Positions 28,021 to 41,906 of a DNA stretch of 64,000 nucleotides are shown here, piece after piece (position 1 is the first letter of the stretch; each line of letters starts with the position of its first letter). A model generated the notes under the pieces. That model saw nothing but the letters and a program-made list of their open reading frames with translations. It ran no database searches and was not told where the DNA came from. The translations under genes and the position numbers were made by a program. The stretch covers positions 70,928,001 through 70,992,000 of the forward strand of contig NC_043000.1 in assembly GCF_006345805.1 (NCBI RefSeq), given 5' to 3'. The stretch comes from Octopus sinensis. Lineage: Eukaryota.

Positions 28021-28445
28021 ATATGTGTGTGTGTGTATATATGTATGTATATATATATATGTGTGTGTATATATATATGTATGTATCTATGTGTGTATAT
28101 ATATATATATGTGTGTGTGTATATATGTATGTATATATATATGTGTATATATATGTATATATATATATGTGTATATATATGTATGTGTATATGTATGTAT
28201 ATATGTGTATATGTATGTATATATGTGTATATGTATATATATGTGTGTATATATGTATGTATATATATATATGTGTGTATATATGTATGTATGTATGTAT
28301 ATATATATATATGTGTATATATATGTATATATGTGTGAGGTGGAAGTTACTGCCGTGTGTGTATGTGTGCGTATAGCTGCTCAGTGCCTCTCCGAAAGAG
28401 AGAGAGAGAGGGATATATGTATATATATATGTGTATATATATATA

Positions 28446-28477
<32 letters not shown>

Positions 28478-28699
28478 ATATATGTGTATGTATATATATA
28501 TGTGTGTGTATATATATATATATATCTATGTATATATATATATATATGTTTGTGTGTGTGTGTGTGTGTATATGTATCTATGTTTGTATATATATATGTA
28601 TATATATTATATATATGTATATATATATATATGTGTATGCATATATATGTGTATATGTATATATGTATATATATGTGTATGTATATATATGTGTATACA

Positions 28700-29240
28700 C
28701 TTTTTTATCCAAGGGGAGGCAATGCGAGCAACAACCATAGGAACATCACAAAATTCAAAGATAGACCAAACACATACAAATCTTATATACTAATTTACAT
28801 CGAAACAGTCCGACATTTTAAAAAACTTTTTAATTCAATAATATATAAGTATCATATACAAATGTAAATATAAATATAAATTTTGCATATAACACTCTTA
28901 AAACTGTTAAAATAAGAGAAATAAATATAATGATAATAAAATAAAAATATGGCATATCAAAAGATGAATAAAATTCCGGCGAATAGTACATAGAATATAA
29001 TACATATACAAGCTTACAAAAATATAAAATATACAGAAGTCCGTCTACGGGCTGTTTCGGGGATGTGCCAATTAATATTAGACATATGAGTACTTAAAAT
29101 TGGCACTCCCTTCATCAGGATGTCCTATACAACACATATAAAACATGAACAAATACACAATCACATACCGGTCATTCTCAGAACATGGCATTTACGTACT
29201 CCCAGAAATTTTTTGGTGATCCTGAATGTAACTTTATATG
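28700..29240 (-). mobile_element. Penelope-type terminal remnant with a hammerhead motif
   Basis: CUGAUGA (29118-29112), long stem II, GAAAC, GUA on -. Boundaries approximate. Confidence 0.5.
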
Positions 29241-30290
29241 CATGCAATTGGATCTGGCCGCTGTAGTACTTCTAAGTATCCTCCTGGGCATTTGACAAAG
29301 TGTATTTTCTGTATATTCCCAGTGTTTATTGTACATGCACATCTACCACACACAAAGCTACTTTCTCTGTTAACCTTCCTCTGTTACTGCTGCTTTTCTT
29401 ATGTGTTCATAGCTTGCACTGGATACACCTTTTGGAGTTTCTACCTGTTACTTTTCTACATATTGAAGAGGGTTATCACCCTGAAGGGATTTGAAATTTG
29501 TCTGTTTTCCTTCTTACTAAGACTTTGGTCTTTGCTAAATTAACTCTAAGGCCTTTAGATTCCTGACCTTACTTCCATACTTGAAATTTCGACATTAAAC
29601 GATGATGATGATGAACGAGTTCATGTAGTGATTCACCTATAAAAACAAGGTCGTCAGTGTAGAGGAGCTCCCAAGAGCAGCCAATCTTAAATTCCTCTGT
29701 CAAGGCCTGGAGGACGATGATAAACAAGAGGAGACTGAGAAACAGTCCTTGTTGAACTCCTACTTGTACATTAAATTCATTGCTATACTTGTTGCTGGCC
29801 TTCACCCTACTAACAGCAACCCTGTACAGTTCTCACCAACCACTTATCTATCCTTAGCTTCTGCATTGACCACCAGGGAAGGGAGTGGGCGATTCTGTTA
29901 AATGCTTTCTCAATATCAAGTCATGTACAGAGGTTTATTTTAGGCTAAGTACTTCTGCAGCTGCTTTACTAGGAATATAGCATCAGTGGTGCTCTCCCTG
30001 GCACAAAACCAAACTGCATCTCATCTAGACTAACTCTCTTCCTAATTAGTTGAGCTGTAACTTTCATCACTTGGTCCAGCAATTTGATACCTCTAATTAT
30101 TTCTTTGTAGCAGTTGACTATAATGCTGCTACACCAGTCATTGGGTACGACCCCCTTGTGAACAACCTGATTAACTATGTGGGTGACTAGATCATATCCC
30201 TCTCCACCAGATATATTAAGCATCTCAGTGGTGATTCCTGATGGGCTTCATAGCTTTATCTACCAAGCTACTATCTATTCAGATAGCTGA
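29240..30290 (-). mobile_element. Decayed RTE LINE (RT region)
   Basis: VPNDWCSSIIVNCYK...GIKLLDQVMKV...LDEMQFGFVPG; VGVQQG...LLFIIVLQALTEEFK...ELLYTDDL. Confidence 0.88.
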
Positions 30291-30319
30291 GCCCTCAATT
30301 TAATATATATGTCTCTTAA

Positions 30320-30535
30320 CCCTTCAGCATTTAAACTGGCCACATCTGGCTCATATATTCTACCTGTTTTATGTTCAAACCAGCCATATCTAGCCTCTCA
30401 CATTTACCCTACATTGTCATTCAAATAATAAACAAACATAACGTTGGACTCTTGAAGTGATAAAATAATGCATGATTAATTCAAAACAATGTGAATAAAT
30501 AAACATTACTTGACAGTAATCTGAATGCTAATGGG
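30320..30535. mobile_element. piggyBac-like MITE, 216 bp
   Basis: TTAA|CCCTTCAGCATT ... AATGCTAATGGG|TTAA: imperfect TIRs with a TTAA duplication. Confidence 0.75.
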
Positions 30536-30938
30536 TTAAGGTGAATTGCATTCTGTGATTGTGAAGTCTTGCAGCATGCAAACATTACATTATAAGGTTC
30601 ATTTTATCTAGCAGATATATTACTCTTATGCAAACAAGATTTTCTGCATTCCTGTTCAATTAAAAAAATATTGCAATAAACACATCCTTCAGGGAATTCC
30701 ACAATATGTGTTTGCTATGCTGTTGCATGATGCAGTGTAAGGCAATAAATATTTAAAGAAAATACTTTGTGGTTAATGTACTGATCTAGATAAAATAAAT
30801 TCCTATCACACTTTTTCTATTATGAGCAGTCAAACAGTACATTTGTCTTCATAAAGTTTTTGAAATATGTATTCATTCATGTAGAAGTTTTGTATTGCAG
30901 GTAATTTCAATTTTTTACTCAGAAATCCTTTTTTATAG

Positions 30939-31217
<279 letters not shown>

Positions 31218-31399
31218 TAGCCAGTCATAACAAACCTTAAACCTCCATTAAGGAAACGAAAACCTGCATATGTACATGTATGTATGTTTAAGTTTTGTGT
31301 TGAAGTTTTAGTTTTCGACAGGCCACCTACTTGCATCATGGCAAAATTGTCAAAAATGTATTTCAAGAGAAAGGAACTAGCAAAAGTTGAATATGTTAC

Positions 31400-31860
31400 T
31401 GTCAGTGCAGAAATGGATCTAGGCCTCCTTGGCCTCCCATAGCTTCATGCAGGTCATTGATTGTACTTGATCTGTTCCTGCTGGCCCTGGTGTGGCTACT
31501 GGAGGAAAAAGAGGAACTTGAGTAGACAACCAAACCAATTTTGGATTTTCTGTAGCAGTGACCATATCAAATACTGTCGTCAAGTCGATGAAAGCAGTGT
31601 AAAGGGCCAGATTTTACTTTCTGTTATTCTCCTGTATTTGGTAGATGCAATTGAAAACAGTGTGATGTCTCTGGTTTCAGCACTGACTTCTCTCCTTTGT
31701 TCATATACAGAGACATTATTATAGTATTGTGTAGGCCTCTTGGTGATTTCCCCTTCCCACAGCACAATGTGAAGAGGTCAGTGGTTTTCTGAAGCATGAC
31801 TAGACATTCTTCATAAGACAAGAATGAACATTCAAAATTCTGCAGAGAGATCCCTGTCTA
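31400..31860 (-). mobile_element. Highly decayed LINE RT fragment
   Basis: IMSLYMNKGEKS...DITLFSIASTK resembles the RTE RT N-terminal motif (I..LYKNKG....NYRGI.LLS). Confidence 0.5.
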
Positions 31861-32067
31861 ACCATAATGACTATTTGAACATCAAAGCCGAATGAATGTT
31901 TTTCAAAGATGTTCGTGTAAACTTAGTAACAATTTATCCACACACACACATTTTATCTTGATATTTTAACTATTAATATTTATATATCTTTCAACAATGT
32001 GTATCATTGAAAGAAATAGTAATACTTCCTTCTCACTTTTGCCATCAGAAATTTTATGAATAAATAA

Positions 32068-33724
32068 CACTGGGTAACATTTTCTAAAAAATTATTAGTT
32101 GTCTTGCTTTTTACAATTAATCCAACATAATTTGATGGTGCTTGGTTTCAGAAATGCCCTCAAAAAGTTTTTATCGTTTCAAGTTTTTTGTTAAACAGGA
32201 ATTCATTTTCTTTTACCAAAAATGTCAATGTTGTCATTAAATGCAATACTAAAATAAAAAATTAACACAAACCAAATAGTACTTTTTATTGTTTAACAAA
32301 TGTTTAAGTACACATCTTGGAATAGATATTTCTGTCAAACTGGAGTTTCAGCTACTCAAGGAATGAACATTTTCTTTGCTGCTGTATGTGAAAAAATTGC
32401 ATCATGATAGTCTCTATGGTAACCTGCAGTAGATGGCATCACGGTGTTCCACTGGCCTTGATATCTAGTCTCCATATTCCTGATGTCTTGGTTGAAGCTT
32501 TCTCCTTGCCCATCACTTATTGCCTTATGATTTTCAAGGAAGTAGTGCACATTTACACTCATGTTGCAGTCCAGCGCTCAAAAACTGCTTAAAGTGATCT
32601 GCACAAGATCTTCATAATTTGATGACTTCCTGTTTCCCAGGAAATCAGATATAACTGCAGCAAAAGCATCAGATGATTCTTTTTTGATGCTAAACATGGT
32701 CTCCAAAAATAGCTCGTCCTGAAATAGCCACCAATTATGTGGCCCATCAAACACACCAACCTTAATTTTCTTGCAAGACAAAACTGGAAACTTTCTGCTT
32801 AAGCATTTGAAGCAGCCATGGTTTCAGCGTTTCAACATGTCTTGCACTCTCTCTGGGGCACCCAGGCTTTGTCTTGTCACCCAGTTTCATGCTAAAGTAA
32901 GTAAGGAAATAAAGAAAGCTTTCTTCACAAAATCTGTGATTTTATTTCACTGCCTAATCCAGAAATAAGCAGAAGACATCGGGGCTGTTTTTACATTCTC
33001 TTCTCTCACAACTGGCTATATTCCTGAAACACAAAACATATTCAAGCCAGTTGTCACCTGGGGAAAGCATTTTCAGAATAGTCAGCAACTATAAAGTAAG
33101 TAAATGCAGATTTGTGATGACAAAGTTCTATAAAGAGCATGCATACCATGAAGTTCTTTTTTACAATTCTTTGACCATGCTTGATGAAAAGTGACCCTGA
33201 CCTATATGACTGCACAATTAAAACAATAAGGGCACATTCAAAATACCAATTTTCATAAGAAATGGTTTAAAAGTTCAACAAAACATGTCTCATCTAGTTT
33301 GCAATGATAGTCACACTAAATTAAGCAGAGCGTGCCTATAACTGCAGATAAATTCCGCAAATATGAGACATGTATGGTGTCAAGGACCACAAAATATGTT
33401 GTTTCTTAATATCTAATTGTATAAAGTACATTTCTATCATCATAACATTTGAAACTGGTTAGGTAGAAAATCATTTACTGATGATACTTAAATCATGACT
33501 TTTGTTTTCACCTTTGCAATTGTATTTACTTTAAATGGCATTGCAAAATTATATTTTCAAAGTTATGTCATGCTCCATACATGGGCTTGCATTTGATGAA
33601 GTCAAATCTATCCTTAGAAATGGTGACAATACTAGAAATGTTGAAAAATGGACATCTAAGTTTGTGGAAAATCTTAACATGATAGAGCAAAATGGATTTC
33701 AATTTTGAAATCTGTTCCCCAGTG
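32068..33724 (-). mobile_element. Chapaev3-like (CMC) DNA transposon remnant, 1657 bp
   Basis: TAA|CACTGGGTAACA ... TGTTCCCCAGTG|TAA; transposase motifs KIKVGVFDGP, FLGNRKSSNYEDLV and SDGQGESFNQDIRNMETRYQGQW. Family name from recalled motif resemblance. Confidence 0.72.
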
Positions 33725-33991
33725 TAATTAATCTCTTAGAAACCAGAAATGAACAACACTATTTTACATTGCAATTTTTTATAAATTGCAATGTAAACTG
33801 TATTTATAATGTTTATATTCGTGTTTCATACTAAAGTCTACTATGAGGTAGAAAGTATGAAAAATAAATAGTTGGTATGCTAGTAACTTACATACTCTTG
33901 TATGTGTTATTTTGTGATCACATATTTGAATATAATGACTTATATTTTAATTTAATTAACATTATTTTAAATTCTTTTTCTATTTAAACAG

Positions 33992-34150
33992 ACCTTGTTT
34001 GTCCAGTGTTGGTACCCAATGACCGTTTCAACAGGCTCATATTTTCAGAAAATTCTATTAGCTGAATATTTAGAGAGCACTGCTGATGATTTTTCTAGCT
34101 TGCCATTCATGCTACATGATTTTGGTTTTCGAGGTGCCAGTTGTGTTGAG
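33992..34150 (+). CDS. NAMPT: NAMPT exon (53 codons)
   Basis: aaacag|TLFVQCWYPMTVSTGSYFQKILLAEYLESTADDFSSLPFMLHDFGFRGASCVE|gtcagt; not in the ORF track, read manually. Confidence 0.95.
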
Positions 34151-34349
34151 GTCAGTACATGTGTTATTTTGTAAATATCTACATAAAAGACATACAAATG
34201 TAAACATTTCGTTTGTAAATGTTACAGCACATATGTGCGTCATCAGATCTTTCATCTAAAATCTTTAACAATAAATTTTAATAATCATTTTTGACACATT
34301 TTGTACAGGATCTTCATTAAATTATATTTGTTCCTTTTCTTTTTTTTAG

Positions 34350-34514
<165 letters not shown>

Positions 34515-35429
34515 TAATGTTCCTTATAGCTTTGGATTATTAGTTTTATGAGAATAGGCTATTTATAGACATTAATTTAATCCAAACTCTTAAGTAAAAA
34601 GATAGCAAAAGCAGTATCCTTCTTAATGTCAGAATAAACCATTAAAACATTTAAAAATAAATTTGCAAAACAAGTTAGTCCAAATCATAAACTCTCTAGA
34701 TGCTGGGCAGTAGAAGTTTTTAAATTTCATCGTGTGTTTTCAAAATGAAGTCAATGGATAACACATGATAACATTCATCATTGTCATCAAAGAATTAAGA
34801 AGGGTGGATTGATAGGTTTGTAAGAGTGTGAAAGGAAGGTGACAGGTGTAGAGGTGAATGGAACAAGGGTAGTGTGGTCATTGGTAAATATCAGTATGGA
34901 GGAAGGAAGGTGAAAGAAAAGAAGTAGCTCAGGAAGAATGAAGTGGTAAGTGTCAATACAGGAAAGGAATAGGGCAGTATTATGATAGATCAGAGAGAAA
35001 GAATTTACAGTGACAGAGATGGTTGTAAGGTACATAGAGGTGGTTATAGTGAGTTGGGGATGAAGGTGGGAGGAAGCATTGATAGCAAATATGACAGTAA
35101 TGAGAATGATAGCTAATAAGTGAGGGTGTAAAAGCTAAGGTAATGGCAGTCCTAAGAAGTATCTCATACCACTGAAAGGGATGATCAGTGTGAGGGGTTG
35201 CTATTGAACATGGGGATGGATTTTTAAAAAAGTGGTGGTGGTAGCACTAGTGTAGCTAGAGTGTGTGCTGCCCCTGGACCCCACAAAAATCACATATTGC
35301 CTACAGCAGACCCAAAAGTGCCATCTGGGGTGGACTGCCTCTACCCCCCCCCCACACACACACACACTAGTGGGTGTGTAGGGAGGTGACTGGTAACACA
35401 AAGTGAAATAAAATATGTGCATATGTTGT

Positions 35430-36925
35430 TCTCATATAATTATAGCAGCTGAATAATGCTGTAGATAGAAGAGTGGAGGTGTAGGTATTAGGAAGATGAG
35501 AGGTGGGGAAGGTTTGACAGGGACAGATTAAGTACAGGGGCAGAGTCCTGTGAATGTATAGATATAAACAATGCTTTTAGGACCTCACTTTCATCAAGAC
35601 ATGGAATTTCTTGAGCACATGGAATTACCTGTCTGTCTTTTGTCATCTCCTCTGTGAGGCTCATCTTGAGATTAGCTTTCATTACTTTGTCCTGTTTTTC
35701 TAGATCTCTGTCTTTCACAAATTCCATTCACATTTAATTATCAGCACTCTTCCTTTCCTGTATTGACACTTACCACTTCATTCTTCCTGAGCTACTTCTT
35801 TTCTTTCACCTTCCTTCCTCCATACTGATATTGTATTATGGCTGTTCTCATTTACACACATCACATGACCATAATGGCACAGTCTTCTCTCTTACACATG
35901 ACATTCGATTCCTTTTATACTCACCCAAGGGAGAATGTTAGCTTCATTCCTTTTTAGTCTTCTTTCACATGTACTCTACATCTCACTACCATGTAGCATT
36001 ATTGTTTGTACCCAAGCATCTATCTTTCACTCTGAAAGTATGACCTTTCCTTATCAACAGAAGTAACAGCTCTGAACTTTCTCCATCCTGCTCATATTGT
36101 AACAACTTCAGAACATTCCCCTCCATTGCTAATTAGGCCATGTAACCTATCTATTGCCTTCAAGAACCTCCTGGGCATTTAAGAATTTCTATTTCTCTTG
36201 TGTTTGTTGATCCTGCACACCTGGCACATACAAAGTCTTGATTTCTCCATTAACCATCCTGTAATTCTGCTGTTTCTCTTGTGTATTCATAGCTTGCATT
36301 GAAAACACTATGAAGTTTCTGTCTACACATTCCCCTTACATATTGAGCAGAGCTGTTTACCTGACAGGAATAGAATCCTATATGTTTTCTTGCCAACTAG
36401 AACCTTGGTCTTTGCTAAGTTAACTGAAAGGCTCTTTGATTCTAGGTTATGTTTCCATGCCTGAAATTTATTATGGCCCAACAATTTGATACCTCTGTAA
36501 TTACCTCTCTCTAATGCATGTCTGTTATCCTAGTAACAATTAACAATAATGCTGCTAGGCCATATCCTATTCCACCAGATATTTTAAGCATTTCAGCTGT
36601 GATTCCTGAGGGACAAGGGACTTCTCCAGCCTTCATATTCTTAATTGCTTTATCATACTACTTGCCAACTAGGATAACTGGTCCATGTTAGGGAGACACT
36701 CTCCAATGCATTTTCTACATTTATTAGCCTTTCAAGGTAGTACTTCAATGCCTTTTTCTTTTCAGAATCAATAAGTTCAAGTGTACCATTATCCATCTGC
36801 ACACACTTATCACCTAAAAAACATCTCAATTCTCTGTGAAACAGTGTTTACAAGCCCCATGCCACTGACCTTCATACTGTAGAACATTGGGAAACCTTTG
36901 TCTTTTTACTTCTTCCCTTGCTAAA
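35430..36925 (-). mobile_element. Old decayed RTE LINE
   Basis: Residual similarity to the RT C-terminal half (SLTEEMTKDR; ggtaattacagaggtatcaaattgtt) with many stops. Confidence 0.7.
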
Positions 36926-36929
36926 TATA

Positions 36930-38179
36930 CAGGGGTTGGACAAAATAATGGAAACACCTTAAAATTTCAAACAAATTTATTTTAATATGGTGTAGGACCA
37001 CCTTTGGTAGTAATTACAGCTTGAATTCTGAGGTATGAACTCATACAAAGTTTGAATTGTTTCCAAACGAATTTTTGTCCATTCTTCAGCTAAAACAGTC
37101 TCCAGTTCTTGTAGTGATGATGGTGGAGGATATTGATTCCTTACTTATTTTTCTAAAATGCACCATAAATGTTCAATAATATTGAGATCTGAGGACTGTG
37201 GTGGCCAGATAAGATGTTCAACTTCACTAGAATGTTCCTCATGCCATTCGTAACAACTTTAGCTGTGTGAATTGGTGCATTATCATCATGAAAGATTGCG
37301 TCTCTCCGAAAACAGTTCCGCAACCATAAGATGAATTTAATCAGATAAAATGCTTAAATAGCCTTCATTATTAATTCTGCCATGAAGGGAAACCATTGGG
37401 CTAGCGGATTTCCAAGATATAGCCTCCCAGATCCTCCTTCATGTTTAACAGTAGGAAAAAGGCAGTCTGGGTCAAAAGCTTCTTTTGGCTGTCTCCACAT
37501 GTATACTCAGCTGGTGGTCAGAAATAAGGTAAAAGATGACTCGCCTGAGAAAATAATATTCTTCCACTTCTTTAGGGACCAATTCTGTAGGTTTTTACTC
37601 AACTCTAAATGCTTTGCAACTACTTGTTTTTGAAAGTAGTGGCTTTCTGATTGCAGCCCTCCTGTGAAATCCAGCTTTGTGCAGCTCCTGGCAAACAGTT
37701 TTTGTGGAAACTGGGTTCCTGAGGTGGTCATTAAGCTCTGCAGTAATTTTGGGAGCTGTACTTTTGTGATCCTTTCTAACAATTCGCGTAAAAGTCCAAC
37801 AATCCCTATCTGAAAGTTTTGGTTTTCTTCCGGAGTTTTGTTTTGATGAGGACGTTTTTCCCTCTTTCTCAAAGGCTATCATTACTTTCGAGACAGTACT
37901 TCTTGATACACCAAACATTTCAGCTGTTTTCATTACACTAGCACCAACCATACGAGTACAAACAATTTGACCTCTTTGAAAGTCCAAGAGATCTGTCATT
38001 TTAATGAATTTTAATTACCTTTTTCTTGTTATACTGAAAACAAACAGCAATTTTAGCAAAACATATTAAGTAACACTAATAATAAATCAAAAAACATAAA
38101 AATAAACAAGCTTTTGATGGTTTTATAGATATTTCAAAATTATTATGCTAGGTGTTTCCATTATTTTGTCCAACCCCTA
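36930..38179 (-). mobile_element. Tc1-like transposon, 1250 bp, inactive
   Basis: 30-bp TIR CAGGGGTTGGACAAAATAATGGAAACACCT at both ends (terminal base mutated on the right), TA flanks; paired-like HTH MTDLLDFQRGQIV...GRKPKLSDRD; frameshift; FSDES mutated to FSGES. Confidence 0.93.
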
Positions 38180-38974
38180 TATCTATGTTGTGGAGTGAAT
38201 TGACACCCCCATATGTAACTGTCAGTGGACTGGACAAGTCTTATAAATTGATGAGCCAGTAGACAGTTGAGGTCATACTGTGAGAATGTTAGTCTCATTA
38301 TTGATTCTGCATTGGAATATTGAATTGTTATTATGTGAATGGTTATAAGATAACTAACTCTTGTTACATTGCTTATTGATATACGGTTATATTTGACACT
38401 GTGATATATTGTTGCACACACACATCATATATCATCACGGATGATATAACAACCTGACTCTCTGCTTCTTTTCTAGTTGCTTGGTATAATTAGCTGCAAC
38501 TCTCATTTTTTCAATCCTTCCAAGCTTGTCTCTTCACTTTCATGGCTCTGTCTACTTTGCTGTTCCACCACCACATTACTCTTTATCTGGCTGGATTGCA
38601 CCAACCTTAGATTTAGTTCATCGCTCTCAATAGGTTATCCCTGTGGAATTTCCAGTGGTCTTCTACATTATACCTCAATATCTCCCCCTTTCCATCAAAT
38701 ATAAAGTCACAAGCCACTAATGTAAATTGGGTGTAGTCTTCATCCGAGAAGACATCTGAATTTTACAAGCATCTATCTATCATGTTTTCTAGTCATTTTT
38801 CATCAAGCTAATCTGCAAGAGGTTTTTATAAAATCAATCCATTTGTTTATCAGTCCATTCTGATTGACAAGTGTGTGCAAAGATAAGTGTTGTTTTCAAC
38901 ACAAATCTAATCTTAAGAAATTTCACTTAACCTGAACAGTTTTACATTTCTGGTATCTAACTTGTATTCATCTT

Positions 38975-39330
38975 TTATCTTCTGCTTCTTGCAGTCTTTG
39001 GATAGTGACCAAGCTGAGGCACTACTTTGAAGGGCTTAGTTGAACAAATTGAGCCCGGTATTTATTCTATCATTCTCTTTTTGTTGAACTGCTAAATCAT
39101 GGATGTCAAGTGGTGGTGAGGATAAATAAACTCAGACACATGCATAGATATATACATCTGTTTGTTTCTTTGACAGGCTTCTTTCAGGTTCCGTCTACCA
39201 AATCCATTCACAAGGCTTTGGTCAGCCTGAGGCTGTAGTAGAAGACACTTTCCCAAAGTGTCATGCAGTGGGTCTGAACCCGCAACTACATGATTGGGAA
39301 GCGAGCTTCTTAACCACACAAACGCACCTA
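38975..39330 (-). mobile_element. Full-length octopus tRNA-derived SINE (OK/OR-like)
   Basis: Head GTGTGGTTAAGAAGCTCGCTTCCCAATCATGTAGTTGCGGGTTCAGACCC, body GGATTTGGTAGACGGAAC, tail related to 63795-64000 and 24295-24425. Exact family name uncertain. Confidence 0.75.
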
Positions 39331-39564
39331 CATAGATTTATTTTAATGATTTATCAACATAAATAAAACTTCTTGAAATATGTGAGATACAGTGAAGCTA
39401 ATTAGTTAATTACATGTGTATGCATGTATACATATAGTGTTAACAATAGTAGTTCAGACTTCATTGAACAAAACCCTAGTAGATTGAAATTCTAATCCTT
39501 CTAATCATTATATTTTATTTCACAGTTGTTTCCTTATATAAGAGGCATTGTGTTCTACTTGTAG

Positions 39565-39793
39565 TACAATAACAACATGGGGAAAAGATGGAGAAGTGAA
39601 TGGCTTTCGGAATATGCTGGAAAAGTTTCCCAATGGTATAGTTGCTTGTGTTAGTGACAGCTATGATATTTGGAATGCTTGTGAAAATTTATGGGGTGAA
39701 GAGCTGCGAGATTTAGTAATAGAACGAGGTAAGAGAAATGGAAAACTTGTAATTCGACCAGATTCTGGTGACCCAGTAGCTGTTGTTTTAAAG
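39565..39793 (+). CDS. NAMPT: NAMPT exon (229 nt)
   Basis: ttgtag|T then TITTWGKDGEVNGFRNMLEKFPNGIVACVSDSYDIWNACENLWGEELRDLVIERGKRNGKLVIRPDSGDPVAVVLK|gtatga; phase matches the previous exon. Confidence 0.97.
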
Positions 39794-40397
39794 GTATGAT
39801 TCTAAATTTATTATTTTCTAAATCCTGTTTGATATATTGTTATTTTTATAAGTTACACTTTGATGGATATCTCTAATTATAAGCAGTGAATCTATTTTAT
39901 TTATCAAACTGACACAGAATATATTAATATTTATCCTTTATGCACATATATTTACATATGCACACATTTGTATAATTTTATTATCACTCAATTCTTTGCA
40001 TGATAGTTTGAGTTGAAGTTAAACAATAATATCTGAAGATTACTCTGTAGTATGAATTTATAACATTGAATTTTATACCTGTATAAAATTCATTTGCACC
40101 AAAGTCATATCCTCTTGATCTCATTTAGCCAATTTGATTTCATAATCTGTTTGAAAATACCATTATTATTGACATTCTTCCAATTTACTGAAATTACATT
40201 GGTAATTAGAAAGAACCTGACAGGAATGTAGATGAAAGTAGAAAAATATAGTGATGGCTGTATGTGGCCAATATCATGTCATTTGTTAAATACCATCATA
40301 TAACATGAAGCTTACATGTAAAACTATATAATTTGAGAAAGAACATATTTTTTTATATTTAATATTGGTACATTAAAAAAAAGGTTTTCTTTAACAG

Positions 40398-40658
40398 GTT
40401 CTCAATATTTTGGGGAGTAAATTTGGTACTGTGACAAACAAAAAAGGCTTCAAAGAACTTCCGCCATATCTGAGAATTATTCAGGGTGATGGTATTTGCT
40501 ATGAGATGCTTGATAAAATCTTAGGAGCAATGAAACAAGAAGGTTGGAGTGCAAATAATCTGGCATTTGGTAGTGGTGGTGCCCTTTTACAGAAACTTGA
40601 TAGAGACACACAGAAATGTGCTTTCAAATGTAGTTCTATGACAAATGAAAATGGATTG
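40398..40658 (+). CDS. NAMPT: NAMPT exon (87 codons)
   Basis: taacag|VLNILGSKFGTVTNKKGFKELPPYLRIIQGDG...AFGSGGALLQKLDRDTQKCAFKCSSMTNENGL|gtaagt. Confidence 0.97.
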
Positions 40659-40914
40659 GTAAGTAATACTTATTATCTACAGTAAGCTATTATTTTAATT
40701 TGCTTTTTTTTTTATTTGCAGATGTATTTCACACACCATATTAAAGGTTCTGTAATTAACAATGTTCTAAATGTACATTACAATTTCATATCCAGTTTTC
40801 TAATTCTTTATTTCATCTTTTTATTTAGAGGTATTAGTTGCAGTTCTCATTTTGAACTGCTATATTTGCAAAAAGTGTGTGTTTTCTCTCTGTATAAATA
40901 CAAGGTTTTATCAT

Positions 40915-41215
40915 CATCACCATCATCATTATCATTTAATGCTCATTTTCTTTGCTAGCAAGGGTTGGATGGTTTGACAAGAGCTGGCAGACCAGAAGAT
41001 TTCACTATCTGTTTTGGCATGGTTATTATGGCTGGATGCCCTTCTTAACACCAACCACCAGACAGTGGACTGAGTGCTTTTATGCAATACCAGCACTGGC
41101 AAGGTCTGTTTTGGCGTGGTTTTTACAGCTGGTTGCCTTTCCAAATGCCAACCACTTTACAGTGTTAACTGGATGCTTTTTACATGGCATCAGCACTGGC
41201 AGGGACACCAAATAA
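40915..41215 (-). mobile_element. Diverged RTE 3'-tail copy
   Basis: (CAT)n followed by gggttggatggtttgac...ggatgcccttc on the + text. Confidence 0.75.
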
Positions 41216-41762
41216 CTCACAAGACAAAGATCCTTTGAGAGTGGGGACATTGGAGGAGGTGGCTTTGTGTCAGGTGATGATAGGTTAGGGTGTGATAGAA
41301 GGGCAGAAACAGGTATCTTGCTGCAGAGGAAATACATGGTTATCCAGTCAGAGAGAGAGAGAGAGAGAGTGATTAAGAATGAGAGAGAGAGAGATGGTGG
41401 TAAAATGTGAGGGCATACCCTTGAGGTATGGGGATCAGAATATAAATGGACTGGCAAAGGTGCATGAGTAGGGAGTATGAACTTCACATGAATGCAAAGA
41501 ACAGGGTGGGGATTGCAGCGACTGGTGGAACCTAGGTATATAGAGGAGGTGAGGGACAACAGGATAGTAATGAGCAAAGCAGTGAGGACAGGATTGAGGA
41601 GAAAGAGATACGCATAAGAATAGTGCATGAAAGAGAGAAAATGTGAAGAAAGGAGATATAGTTTGGTTTGTTAGTGTAGGGTGTGTGAAAAAATGTTAAG
41701 TGTTTGGAAATCACTCTAATTAGGAATTACAAGATGACTTCATTTTTTAATTTTTTATATAG

Positions 41763-41906
<144 letters not shown>

